Source: a virus. Taken from it: 64,000 nt of DNA. Shown here piece by piece: positions 38,388 to 48,800 of this stretch. A program made the translations under genes and the position numbers. Numbering within the stretch: the stretch's first letter is position 1; each line of letters begins with the position of its first letter. The stretch spans positions 1 to 64,000 of IMG/VR virus record IMGVR_UViG_3300003690_003399, one strand, 5' to 3'. Under the pieces are notes generated by a model. The model was not told the DNA's origin. It did not search any database and saw nothing but the letters and a program-made list of their open reading frames with translations.

Positions 38388-38560
38388 AATTAGGAATTGG
38401 AGTATTGGTAAAACACACTCGACGTTGGGATTTAAGTTTGGGGCTTGTGACCAAAATTTTATATACCGAAGAAAAAACCCCTTTATACGATGTTTTATGG
38501 GCACAAGTACAAAAACGAACAAGTCGTCACTTAAAAGACGAACTACAATTAGCATATTAA
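38384..38560 (+). CDS. 58-aa SH3-like protein (absent from the ORF track)
   Basis: ATGA-coupled; MKLGIGVLVKH...GLVTKI...YDVLW...DELQL. Confidence 0.6.
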   Translation: MKLGIGVLVKHTRRWDLSLGLVTKILYTEEKTPLYDVLWAQVQKRTSRHLKDELQLAY

Positions 38561-38576
38561 AATATAGGAGAATAAT

Positions 38577-38813
38577 ATGTCAAAAGAAATGAATATGTCA
38601 GATCAAGCAGTGGGAGCCGTTATGATGGCTCTACAAAAGAGTTTAATGGAACAAAGCGATATTGTCCCAGTATTAAAGGCTTTTAAATTTAAACTCTCAG
38701 AGCAAGGACTAGCCGTAGTAAACCCGCCCATTGTTAAAGTCAATGAAGAAACCCAAAAGAATTTTCAAGAATGTTTAGACTTTGAAGAGCCCCCCGAAAT
38801 TGTAAAATCATAA
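38577..38813 (+). CDS. Conserved hypothetical phage protein
   Basis: SD AGGAG; 78 aa. Confidence 0.6.
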   Translation: MSKEMNMSDQAVGAVMMALQKSLMEQSDIVPVLKAFKFKLSEQGLAVVNPPIVKVNEETQKNFQECLDFEEPPEIVKS

Positions 38814-39067
38814 TGCCCATTTATATTTATGGTTGCGGTCACTGTGGAAGCGAAATAACAGTTAGTCACTCAATGACTGAGACAATAGAAGACTGCGAAG
38901 TATGTGAGATCTCCGGTTCTTTAACTAGACGGCCCCCAATGTTTTCTAATATTAAGAAAAAACCACAGCACAAACCCAAAATTGGTGATTGCGTTAAAAG
39001 CTTCATAGAGGAAGCCAAGGAAGACCTGCACCAACAAAAAGATAATTTAAGGAAGAAAAATGATTGA
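38813..39067 (+). CDS. FmdB-family zinc-ribbon protein
   Basis: MPIY.Y.C..CG...C..C. Confidence 0.85.
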   Translation: MPIYIYGCGHCGSEITVSHSMTETIEDCEVCEISGSLTRRPPMFSNIKKKPQHKPKIGDCVKSFIEEAKEDLHQQKDNLRKKND

Positions 39068-39374
39068 AATATTACTAGGAGTATCCATTTTAGTTAGTGG
39101 ATTTTTAATATGGTATGTTGTTAGGTTAATAAAGAAATTTCTTCATATTTCTGAAGAGTTAGAAAATCTTTTTATTCTTTTAGAAGAATATGCAGACGAT
39201 ATAGAAAAAGTATATAATTTAGATAGATTTTATGGTGATACAACATTGGAACACCTAATGAAACAGTCTAAGTTTGTGGCCGAAACCTCTAAGAACTTCC
39301 GTGCCATTTATGATATAAATTATGATTTAGAAGAAGATGAAGAAGACGAAGAATACGAGGAAGAGGAAGAATAA
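39060..39374 (+). CDS. Single-TM coiled-coil protein with acidic tail
   Basis: N-terminal hydrophobic helix; EEDEEDEEYEEEEE. Confidence 0.6.
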   Translation: MIEILLGVSILVSGFLIWYVVRLIKKFLHISEELENLFILLEEYADDIEKVYNLDRFYGDTTLEHLMKQSKFVAETSKNFRAIYDINYDLEEDEEDEEYEEEEE

Positions 39375-39377
39375 TGT

Positions 39378-40070
39378 ATGACCAGTAAAAGAAAAAAAAA
39401 CCACTACTTTACTAAAGTTCATGAACAGGCAATTATAGATTATTGTTCGTCTCATGATCAAAAAGAAAGAAACCAGTTGTATAATGAGTATATTGGACCC
39501 GCTTTTAACGAAATGGTAGATAAAATCGTTTATACATATAAGTTTACCAACTTACCAAATTGTGATTATTTGAGAGAAGATTGTAAAAATTGGCTAATAA
39601 CTGTATTAAACAAATACGATCCAGAAAGGGGCTCGAAAGCTTTTTCTTATTTTAGCGTTATTACAAAAAATTGGTTTATTCATAAAGTCAAAAAAAATTC
39701 ACAAAGATCTAGAAGAGAGGTGGTGATCGAAGACTATTGTGCCCCGATCAGTCAACAACAAAATATGCGCCACCCCTTAGTGGTCTACAACACATATATT
39801 CAGGATAGTATAAAAAATGAATTTTGGACCTCTTTTAGAGAACAAATAAGTGATTGGGAAAAAATACCTGTTAGAAATAATGAAAAAAAAGTTATTCAAG
39901 CTGTTAAGATTCTTTTCGAAGAATCTGAAAATATAGAAATTTTTAATAAAAAAGCTATTTACTTATACATACGAGAAATTACGGGCTTGAATACCAAACA
40001 AGTTGTTAGTAGTTTGAATAGAATCAGAGTTCGGTATAGGGAATTTAAAGAAAAATGGGACAAAGAATAA
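39378..40070 (+). CDS. Phage sigma factor, T4 gp55-like (late transcription)
   Basis: HYFT N-terminus and region-2 motif KYDPERGSKAFSYFSVITKN; located just before virion genes. Confidence 0.72.
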   Translation: MTSKRKKNHYFTKVHEQAIIDYCSSHDQKERNQLYNEYIGPAFNEMVDKIVYTYKFTNLPNCDYLREDCKNWLITVLNKYDPERGSKAFSYFSVITKNWFIHKVKKNSQRSRREVVIEDYCAPISQQQNMRHPLVVYNTYIQDSIKNEFWTSFREQISDWEKIPVRNNEKKVIQAVKILFEESENIEIFNKKAIYLYIREITGLNTKQVVSSLNRIRVRYREFKEKWDKE

Positions 40071-40360
40071 AAAATGTTGACAAGTACATTGAAGAATCAC
40101 TTACCAATATAAGGGACGACCGCGCAGTAACTTCTACTCTTTTAACTGAGCTGTTAATAGAGATGAAAAAAGCTGGCGACCTTGAAACTCACAAACAGTT
40201 AGGCCTCATCGCTTCTAAATATGTTGAAACTCTCCAGCGTTCCAACGAACAATTAGTTAAAATTGCCGCGCTGCTAAATAAAAGACAGGGCGGCTCTATT
40301 GAATTAGATGAAAGCGACAAACAAGAACTTTTTGACTTAATCCAGGGAGAAGGTAATTAA
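40055..40360 (+). CDS. Helical hypothetical protein
   Basis: Coupled ORF, 101 aa. Confidence 0.55.
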   Translation: MGQRIKNVDKYIEESLTNIRDDRAVTSTLLTELLIEMKKAGDLETHKQLGLIASKYVETLQRSNEQLVKIAALLNKRQGGSIELDESDKQELFDLIQGEGN

Positions 40361-43300
40361 TGGCCATTAATATGCGCGGCGACGCGTCGACGACTCCAGC
40401 AACGATGCATTATCGGCCGGGTACTCTAAATGTATTGGACACGCCCGAATGGGCAATTGCGATTAGCCCCAATGACAGCGGCAAGTCTGTGCAATACTTG
40501 ATTAATCAACATGTACTTACACCCAACAAGTTTGAAAGTGTTGGCACTCTGTATGGCATTTTGTTACGAGAAAATAGTCCTTACAGCGACAATGATCCTT
40601 ACACACCTTTAGATATTTTGCACGCGGCAACTTTTGCCATGCGCGGCGCCGATGGTCTCAGGTTACCCACTTATAAAGTTCGCATACCAGAACTTCATTT
40701 TATGTTACCGATTCCTAAAAATTTGAATAACCCCACACAGACTGATAAAATTATTATAGATTGTTATCCCACCATACAAGCAGTTGATACAAAAGTATCA
40801 CGCGCACAACCCGGCGACATAGTAAAAATTGAAATGGCAAATAGAGGCACTATTTCTAGGCTTTATTATCTTGGTCCCGTTGATCCCGACAGTACAGCAA
40901 ACCCATGGGTTGTTGGCCCACACAGTCCTCCTTATAACTATGGGCAACTTCTTGAAGAGTGCAAAAAGAAATATTCTAATGCTGGCTCTCGCGGAGATGT
41001 AATCGGCAGGGGTGACAATGTGGCAAAACCAAATAGTGATGTTCCCATCGTTGTTAAAGGCCTCGGCCACGGAGAAAATAAAATCATCATTGGTACGGTA
41101 TATAAAAAGTGGCTTCATAAACTATTTCAAAGATTAAAGGCTGAAGACAAATATAAAGGCCTCGTGTGGCTAGGGGTGTGTAAAAACAATGGCGCAGAAG
41201 ACCAAGAAAAAATGCTCACAGGCAATGGTGCAACCATAGGCCGCGGCACCGGACGTTCTACTATAATCTACATGCCGGCTAGCACAGATCCCCATTCTCC
41301 ACTAGAGATAATTTATTGGTTTCATGACGCCTTGGGGTTTAAAAACAACACAAAAGAGTGGAATAAACTTTGGGTCTCCTTAAAAGCGATGTCAAAGAAA
41401 AAGAGCACACTCGACGGCGCTCGCCGCAATTTTATTCTTGTTATTCCTGAAATGTTGTGGTCCGAAGAGGCATCTGGAATATATTCTTCAAGAGAGGGAG
41501 AATTGATATTTGGCGCCTCAGCCATGCCCACAACAAACGGAGCTTTTTCAGGAGGCTACAAAAATAGAGAGTGGGCTGCATGGGGGTTTGATGGCATACC
41601 AAACGAAAAAAATATAGTATGGGAAACGTTTGGGGACAAATCTATTTCATTTGCGCCAATTTCTTACTCCGAAGCCGGCGCCCCAGTGTATACAGGTGCC
41701 GACCTCCTAAAGATCCCCGCGGGCCATTCGTCTCTTTCCATGGTCGGCAACCCTCGCCTAGGCATACCATTTGGATTTCAACCACTTTCTTCACAAGTCG
41801 CCCCCATACCATTCGGCGATACAATTACTTGGCAGTGGGTCCAAGGTTTGCCATCGAACGTCGCCGGAGATATGGTGCTTCTTCACCAAGAAATATTAGC
41901 AATATTGAAGGATCGCTTTGGTGTCGCCACCGATACTAATAAATATGTAACGCTAGTTGGCCACAAAAAAGGAGGAATTGCAATTGCTAATTTGGCGCGC
42001 CTAAACAAGCTTGGCAAAGGCCCCGCGCAACTATATGCTTCAAAAATATCTTTCATTGACGGAGATTATGCTGGGATGAATTATGTGTCTCCAAAAAAAC
42101 TCTACGACTATGGAAAAAATTGGTATCATGGTGGCGATTTATACGAAGTTATAAGAAACATAGATGATAGTACTACACTAGAAATACATCTTAGTTGGGG
42201 CGCAGGGACTCCCCTACGACCAAAACAGACAGCCGGCGCTTTCCTCGGCGCACTGCAACATGTCCGAACATGGGCACTTGCACTTCCTGGTTTTAATTTT
42301 GATAAGGGGGTTGAAGCATTAGACAAATTTTATTCTTATATTTGGCCAAAATATTGGCCCAACGACTGGAGCATGACCGGCCCAGCGTACACTTCGATTG
42401 TAACTTATCCAGTCTGGTCCAGCGCCAAGTTTTTGAAAAAAACTTATACTGAAGGATACGGAGCCATACAGGGGAAAATAAATGAGATGATACAATTACC
42501 TTCTCCTTTTTCAAATATCATTTTTAAAGGATGGCCAACCTCCGATGCCCAAGGCGCCTTAGCGTGGCTCCCCCACAATGCACCAATGTCCGTTGCAACC
42601 GTGAAAGAAACCACACAAGATAAATTTTATAAAAAGTTTAATATAGATCCAGATATTCCATCTAATATAAAAAATATATTTAAAGACTTTAGAGGCAATC
42701 TCATATTATATAGATCTCAAAATGTTGGGCCCAGTAAGACTGTAGCGATATTAGAGCCATACGGTACGGCTGCACAGGCGCCCTATGAGCTTATTTATTA
42801 TTTCCATGGAGATATAGGATTAAATGGGGCAGCAAAAACATTCCAATCAGCACTAAAAAATCAATTTAATGTTATGATAGGAAATAAACGAAATGTGATT
42901 ATTGTTTTAATGGATATTGATCCATATCCTATGAGCCCATCATCAAATTTGTGGGATCTAGATCATGATCCTTCGGCAAGCTCGTTTGGTGATTTTCATC
43001 AAGAAGTTTTAAATAAAATATCTTCTATTTGGAGCGCAGATTGGCTGGACACCTTTGGTCATTTCGTATACCCCGAGTCGGACGCGCAAGAGTTAGGCCC
43101 TGTCGAGCAACAGCATTACTCGGAGAATGTACTCCCGTCCTTTGAAATGGCCACATATCCCTCGTTTATCACATTTAAGGCCCACGGTGGCGCCGGCCGA
43201 ATGCTTAAACACATTATAGATCATATGAATAATAACGATATCACTTCTACTTGGCAGACAACAACTAAATGGAAATATGACCCCCTCACCGGCGTACCCC

Positions 43301-44694
43301 TTCCTGACCCGACCACATATTCAATTACGACCCCCCTTCGAAGAATAGATTTTTGGGACGCAAATTGGGGCCCCGAATATGGGATATTTAATAAAATATA
43401 TTATACTTGGCCAGCCGCAACACTAGGACCGGCCCAAATGAAAATTAACCCGGGTACAAATTTTGAGATTCAAATGGTAGCAACTCCCCGTACATTCCCT
43501 CCACACAAGGTAACAGCAATCCAGCGCGCCAAAAAATATATGGCAGGCGAAAAAGATGCAAAACCAGGTCTCTGGGTTGAACAGACAATTGCCGCTCATG
43601 GCACACTTCCTTTTAAGTTTTTTTCAAAACCAAGCAAACTTGATAAATATGTTCCTCCAACGCCACCCGCAGGGGCTCTGGAAAACAAGGAATATGGAGG
43701 ATCCCCCCCTGGCGAAGGAGCTAAAAATGTTCCACCCGTGCCCTTGAAATTCGACAATAAAGGGAAAGCATATACCCTAGATGGAGAAAAAATGCCGGCC
43801 TATGATTTAAAAAAGGCAGCAGCTTTTATTAAAGGCCTCTTGAAAAATCATATCCCGTCAACAGAACAAATCGGAGGAACCATGGGTTGCGAAGTGGGCT
43901 CAAGAAAAACCTATGGTATTACAAAAATCCCATCCATGTCACCAGTCGGAGGAGAGATGTATAAATGCAAAACAAATCCGCTTGGATTAGTGGAATATGA
44001 GACATCACAGTTTGCTAGCATCAATATAAGCCCAACCAGATCGGGATATTCGTGGGGCTCTAGTGAACTAGACAGTTATTTAAAGGGGATAGATAATATT
44101 TTTTGGACCACGACTTCCCCACCGACCACCTGGGTTGTCAAAGATATATCGCCCCAAGGAGTTAATGGTATCGACAAAGTCCGAGGACACGATTCTCATA
44201 GAGAGGGTATAGACGTTGATATACTGTTGCCACAATTAAATATTGATACATCACCCCCAACCCCAACCGGAAAACCAAATGAGAAAAAAAAGGTGGTTAC
44301 AGTAAAAGAATTTAATGTTGATAAGGCGCTTATATTTATAATGTTATCTAAATTTTATGGCGCAAAAGTAATCTTTTTAGATAAAAAGTTTTTTAAGCGC
44401 ATACGAGATCGAGCAATCTTTATAGCAACAGATGGCACCCCAACGGGCTCTTCTGACAAGTTTTTAAAAGTAGATAAAGCATATAAATCATTTTTAAAAG
44501 AAAATTTATTTGGAAAGTTAGATTTTGTTAATCAATTGATGCGCCTTCTTAAACACAAAAAACATCATGAGAACCATTTTCATGTAAGAATCGGGCGTGA
44601 GTGGGGCTCTCATGAAACAAGTGATTATCCTAAATGGGCACTCCAGCGTCTAAAAAGCTTGGGATGTGATTATAAAAATTCAAGCATTATATAA
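40360..44694 (+). CDS. Baseplate hub (gp5-like OB N-terminus) with two alpha/beta-hydrolase-like domains and a C-terminal MepA-like endopeptidase
   Basis: YKVRIPE...PGDIVKIE; YWFHD...GHKKGG..FIDG; YYFHG...AHGGAG..FWDA; KDIS...GHDSHREGIDVD...HHENHFHVRI. Confidence 0.65.
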   Translation: MAINMRGDASTTPATMHYRPGTLNVLDTPEWAIAISPNDSGKSVQYLINQHVLTPNKFESVGTLYGILLRENSPYSDNDPYTPLDILHAATFAMRGADGLRLPTYKVRIPELHFMLPIPKNLNNPTQTDKIIIDCYPTIQAVDTKVSRAQPGDIVKIEMANRGTISRLYYLGPVDPDSTANPWVVGPHSPPYNYGQLLEECKKKYSNAGSRGDVIGRGDNVAKPNSDVPIVVKGLGHGENKIIIGTVYKKWLHKLFQRLKAEDKYKGLVWLGVCKNNGAEDQEKMLTGNGATIGRGTGRSTIIYMPASTDPHSPLEIIYWFHDALGFKNNTKEWNKLWVSLKAMSKKKSTLDGARRNFILVIPEMLWSEEASGIYSSREGELIFGASAMPTTNGAFSGGYKNREWAAWGFDGIPNEKNIVWETFGDKSISFAPISYSEAGAPVYTGADLLKIPAGHSSLSMVGNPRLGIPFGFQPLSSQVAPIPFGDTITWQWVQGLPSNVAGDMVLLHQEILAILKDRFGVATDTNKYVTLVGHKKGGIAIANLARLNKLGKGPAQLYASKISFIDGDYAGMNYVSPKKLYDYGKNWYHGGDLYEVIRNIDDSTTLEIHLSWGAGTPLRPKQTAGAFLGALQHVRTWALALPGFNFDKGVEALDKFYSYIWPKYWPNDWSMTGPAYTSIVTYPVWSSAKFLKKTYTEGYGAIQGKINEMIQLPSPFSNIIFKGWPTSDAQGALAWLPHNAPMSVATVKETTQDKFYKKFNIDPDIPSNIKNIFKDFRGNLILYRSQNVGPSKTVAILEPYGTAAQAPYELIYYFHGDIGLNGAAKTFQSALKNQFNVMIGNKRNVIIVLMDIDPYPMSPSSNLWDLDHDPSASSFGDFHQEVLNKISSIWSADWLDTFGHFVYPESDAQELGPVEQQHYSENVLPSFEMATYPSFITFKAHGGAGRMLKHIIDHMNNNDITSTWQTTTKWKYDPLTGVPLPDPTTYSITTPLRRIDFWDANWGPEYGIFNKIYYTWPAATLGPAQMKINPGTNFEIQMVATPRTFPPHKVTAIQRAKKYMAGEKDAKPGLWVEQTIAAHGTLPFKFFSKPSKLDKYVPPTPPAGALENKEYGGSPPGEGAKNVPPVPLKFDNKGKAYTLDGEKMPAYDLKKAAAFIKGLLKNHIPSTEQIGGTMGCEVGSRKTYGITKIPSMSPVGGEMYKCKTNPLGLVEYETSQFASINISPTRSGYSWGSSELDSYLKGIDNIFWTTTSPPTTWVVKDISPQGVNGIDKVRGHDSHREGIDVDILLPQLNIDTSPPTPTGKPNEKKKVVTVKEFNVDKALIFIMLSKFYGAKVIFLDKKFFKRIRDRAIFIATDGTPTGSSDKFLKVDKAYKSFLKENLFGKLDFVNQLMRLLKHKKHHENHFHVRIGREWGSHETSDYPKWALQRLKSLGCDYKNSSII

Positions 44695-44709
44695 GGAGAA
44701 TATTAAAAC

Positions 44710-45849
44710 ATGAGCGAGACATACACGACAACAAGACAGAAGCCACCAAAAAAGACCCTTAGCCGTACAAGAATCGATGGAAATGAAACACGCACCTCTA
44801 ATTTATCGAAAGATCAGGAAGTAGAAGCAAATTCTGGAATCGATGGTGCCAAACTTAATGAAAAATTACCTAAATTAAAATATCCTACCACCTCAACGGT
44901 GATTGGCAATGGACAAGATTTCGGCCGCTGTCACATAGAATTTGGTCGAGACCGAATAAATGAAAGAGACGATAAGTTTGGCACCTTTAAATACGGAAGT
45001 GGGAATGGAGGCCTCGGAGCTATGGCATCTGGCTGCGTACGCATAACCGCAGGATTAGCTTCTTATGATCAATGTCGAGGAAATGTACCCTCTGAGCCTG
45101 TAAATCCGAGCACTGACCGAGACGCAGCGATGTGCTATATTTCTCAAAACGCAAATGTTGATGACGAATTCGATTGTTCGGGGATAAATGTGAAAAACAG
45201 GTCATGTGTAGCTATCAAAGCCGATGAACTTAGATTCCTGGCAAGAGGTACTCTTAAACTTATAACAACGAATGATAAGTTTAATTCGAAAGGGCGCGAA
45301 TTAGGATCGGTGGGAGACATTCATCTTATTGCTGGAAACCAAGACGTAACAGACGAAGACGGCGAGTATACATTATTAGAGGGCGCCGTCCGTATGGGTA
45401 ATCCCCTCGCCGGCGAACCCCCCATCCCGTTACCCGTCCCCACAGGTCAAAATCCATATTTCAAAGTTTTGCAACCAGTCCCGAGAGGAGATCTTTTAGT
45501 AGCGGCTTTAGATGAGGTGGTAGAAAGACTGGCAGTTTTTTCAGATCTTATGTATGATATGTGGAACGCACAAATGACCTTTAACAGTGCAGTAAAATCT
45601 CACAACCACCATTGCCCAGGAACCATAGGTCTTGGCGGGATGGTGGGGCAACCCCTCGGATTGAATGGCGGCAAAAGCTACATGTCTCCAGGCCTTCAAA
45701 TAAAGGGAGTTTTTACTGGTATAAAACAGCACATAGTACAAATCAAAAAACAAGGTCCTTTCCATGTTACTTTACAAGCCGTAAGACAAGAGTATTTAAC
45801 AACAGGCGCCGCAAAGAGTATATTGAGCACAAACGTAAAAACAACTTAA
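44710..45849 (+). CDS. Baseplate spike-like protein (gp5 C-terminal/gpV-like)
   Basis: Beta-repeat IKADELRFLAR..LKL; late HNHH motif; position between hub and gp25. Confidence 0.5.
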   Translation: MSETYTTTRQKPPKKTLSRTRIDGNETRTSNLSKDQEVEANSGIDGAKLNEKLPKLKYPTTSTVIGNGQDFGRCHIEFGRDRINERDDKFGTFKYGSGNGGLGAMASGCVRITAGLASYDQCRGNVPSEPVNPSTDRDAAMCYISQNANVDDEFDCSGINVKNRSCVAIKADELRFLARGTLKLITTNDKFNSKGRELGSVGDIHLIAGNQDVTDEDGEYTLLEGAVRMGNPLAGEPPIPLPVPTGQNPYFKVLQPVPRGDLLVAALDEVVERLAVFSDLMYDMWNAQMTFNSAVKSHNHHCPGTIGLGGMVGQPLGLNGGKSYMSPGLQIKGVFTGIKQHIVQIKKQGPFHVTLQAVRQEYLTTGAAKSILSTNVKTT

Positions 45850-45862
45850 AAGAGAACAAAAC

Positions 45863-48800
45863 ATGGCTGAACAACCAAATATAGATAACTTTTTAGATGA
45901 AGAATTAGAAAAATTATACGAGAGACTTAAAGAATTTCCTGAGATGGGATGGTGGCCAACCGACCCCCCCTTAAAAGAAGATTGGATCGCAGAAAAAAAA
46001 GAAGCTTTTGATAGTTTAGCAGTAGAAACCCCTCCGGTATCTGCATGGAAATTTATAGTTGATTTATACGATCAGTACGGAGTCGCACCGGCATCAACTA
46101 TTATTGATGAAAATCAATATGAGACTATTGCATCTCAATTCTCTTTGAAAAATCGCTGGTACCAGAATACAACCACTCATCTCTCAAAAGATAGAAAATA
46201 TTACATAGTTCCGATAGTTTATGAAAGATTGATTAACAATCCAGGTTTAAAGCCATTTATTTCGACCACAACTGGCAAGTTAAATATCACCGAATTGCTT
46301 GAAAACATAACTCTCTCTTCATATGTATTTTTAAAAGCTGCAAAAAGATGGGCCCTCGAAAAAGCCGCCTCTGATTTGGCGAAAGCTATTAGTTTAGACC
46401 ATCAAGAAAAAGCTGAAACGATGGGTTTTTTCCCAAAGAATTCTCAAGGTATCGACGGCACAGAACCAATTGCTGCCGAGGCCTGGTATATCGATCCCAG
46501 GCCGCCAGAATACCAAAATTTGTTTTTAAAAGCGATGTTTCCAAGAGACTGGATAGATAGTTTGCCGAATAAAATTGAGCCTTGTCCCGTCGGCGGAGCG
46601 ACCCGGACTGTTATTCTCCATACAGACACATTAAAAAAAGATTTGGCTCACCTTCGAGAAATATTAAGACATTTTAATTATCAGATACAAAACACACCAG
46701 TACATATAGATTTTGATGGTATATGTTTTGCACAAAAAGTTTCGAAAATTTTTGAACTTTTAAATAATGTATTAACATTAAATGAAAAGACAAATTTAAA
46801 TATATCTTTAACCGGAGGAGCACTCCAGCTTGGTTTCACCGAAAACATGCAATTAAAATATATAGCCCACAGTGAAATTCCAGATTGCTTATGCGATGAA
46901 AAAAATATTAACGCGTATACATTAAAAAAAGGTGTTCATAAATTAAAGACTACTCCCCCTTTTGATTCTCCAACTGTTAACGGCCTTTTATTTTATCTTC
47001 CAGAAATTATAAGAAAATACGCTCCCTACCTGAAAGGCAATAAACGTATGTATCTATTTGCGGCTCAAGAATCGTGGCTTCACTTCATAAAATCTTATAT
47101 ATTTCCCAAGCCTGAAATAACATACGATACATCCGAAACAGAGGGAGAATTTTTTGTTAAAAAAATAACAGCGATTGGCGACTTAACAAAATCTATAGGA
47201 AGTGTTACCAAAAATATTTTATATACCAGAGATCCCACTGTTCTTATGGCGCCCGATATACGGCAACGAATTCTGGGCGCCGTTAGCCAGGAAATGATAT
47301 ATGGCGGCGACAAAGTGATGTTGGATGCTTTAACTTCTGAGATACTTTCTATGACCGCTCTTTATGATAATTTACTTAATAAAGTACCAATAACAGAATT
47401 AATTAAATTAGCTCTCAGTGCTCTTGTTAAGTGTGTATCAGACGATGATCTTAAGAAGAAGATGTGCGATTCAATTTTAAGAGCAATGCCCGGCTCCGAA
47501 ATAAAAACAAAGGTTATTCCATGCCTACGCGCATCAGGAGCTGATGATGCGATTGCTCATATGGAATCTTTGATGTTAACACGACGCAGCCTTGTATATC
47601 GGCAGGCCCAAGCGCGCGCGCCTGAAAAATTTACAAAAACAGTTGCGGACGCAATGAAATCAGAACTTGATATGGCCGCCGTCAATGAGCTTTATTGTTC
47701 GGACCCAGAATTTCAAGATATCCTCGGGCGCCCAGCTGACGATTTTTCTGAAGAAATGCTTCTTGCGAGGGAGCAAGATAAAGATGACGCAATTTGCGAA
47801 TGCATATTATCAGTTTATGGCCCAGTGGAACAAATATTTGGGTTTATAGAAGAGGCAAAAGATACCGGTGGAGATATTTTAGATATACTAGTATCCAATA
47901 GAGCACAAGCCATTCAACAATCAAGGTCGGATGTAATAGATCGTATCTTGAGGGTATTTCGAACTTCCGACCAACGAACTTTATCAGGTATGGCCACAAG
48001 CATCATGACAGCTCTCGTAGAATCATACGTTGCCGTTGTGCTCGCCGCTATGCTAATTGTTTTGCAGCATGTCAAGAGCACGGTACTTGGAGGTTTAGCT
48101 ACAGATATCTGCGCAGCACCCGCAAACCCATTTTCAGAGAAAAATTTTAGTAAAATGGTTATGAACTCAACTCTCTATAAAGATAATGATTTCAATAAGT
48201 TAAGAAAAAATTTCAATAAGTTAAAAACCTTGGCTGGCCTCAGCGGAGACATTAATGCCATAATAACAGCATGCGATGAGTTAGGTCGACAATTTACCCC
48301 TACCGAGTTTAAACGGATCTTTACTACACCATGCAGTGACAATTCCGCTGATGATTTATACAAGCAAATACATTTTCCAGGTATCACATACGATCCCAAG
48401 AAAACCGGAGACGCCCCCTTCGGATCTTCTTTGGAGTACATTCAAGAAATATATTATGGAAGCGCCACGGCGACAGCGGAAGCCGCGCTTGCTTTAGACG
48501 AGGGAGAGTCGTTGGATGGAATAGTAACTTCTTTTTGTGATATGGATAACGAAGGAGGAAGAGGGGGACTCCCTATCGACGCTAAACATACTTTGCTGTA
48601 CAGCTTTGGCTCGCAGGTTGATGATTCTTTTTATGATGAGATTATAAATGATCATGAAGACCTAAAAGCAGAACTAGCTAATTTTTGTGATCCAGAATCC
48701 ATCGAAATTTTTTCAAAAACTTTAGGTTCTAGTGACATCGCCGCCCATGCGCAAAAAGGCAAAGAGGATATACTCGAAGATATTGTTTCGATATTGCCGC

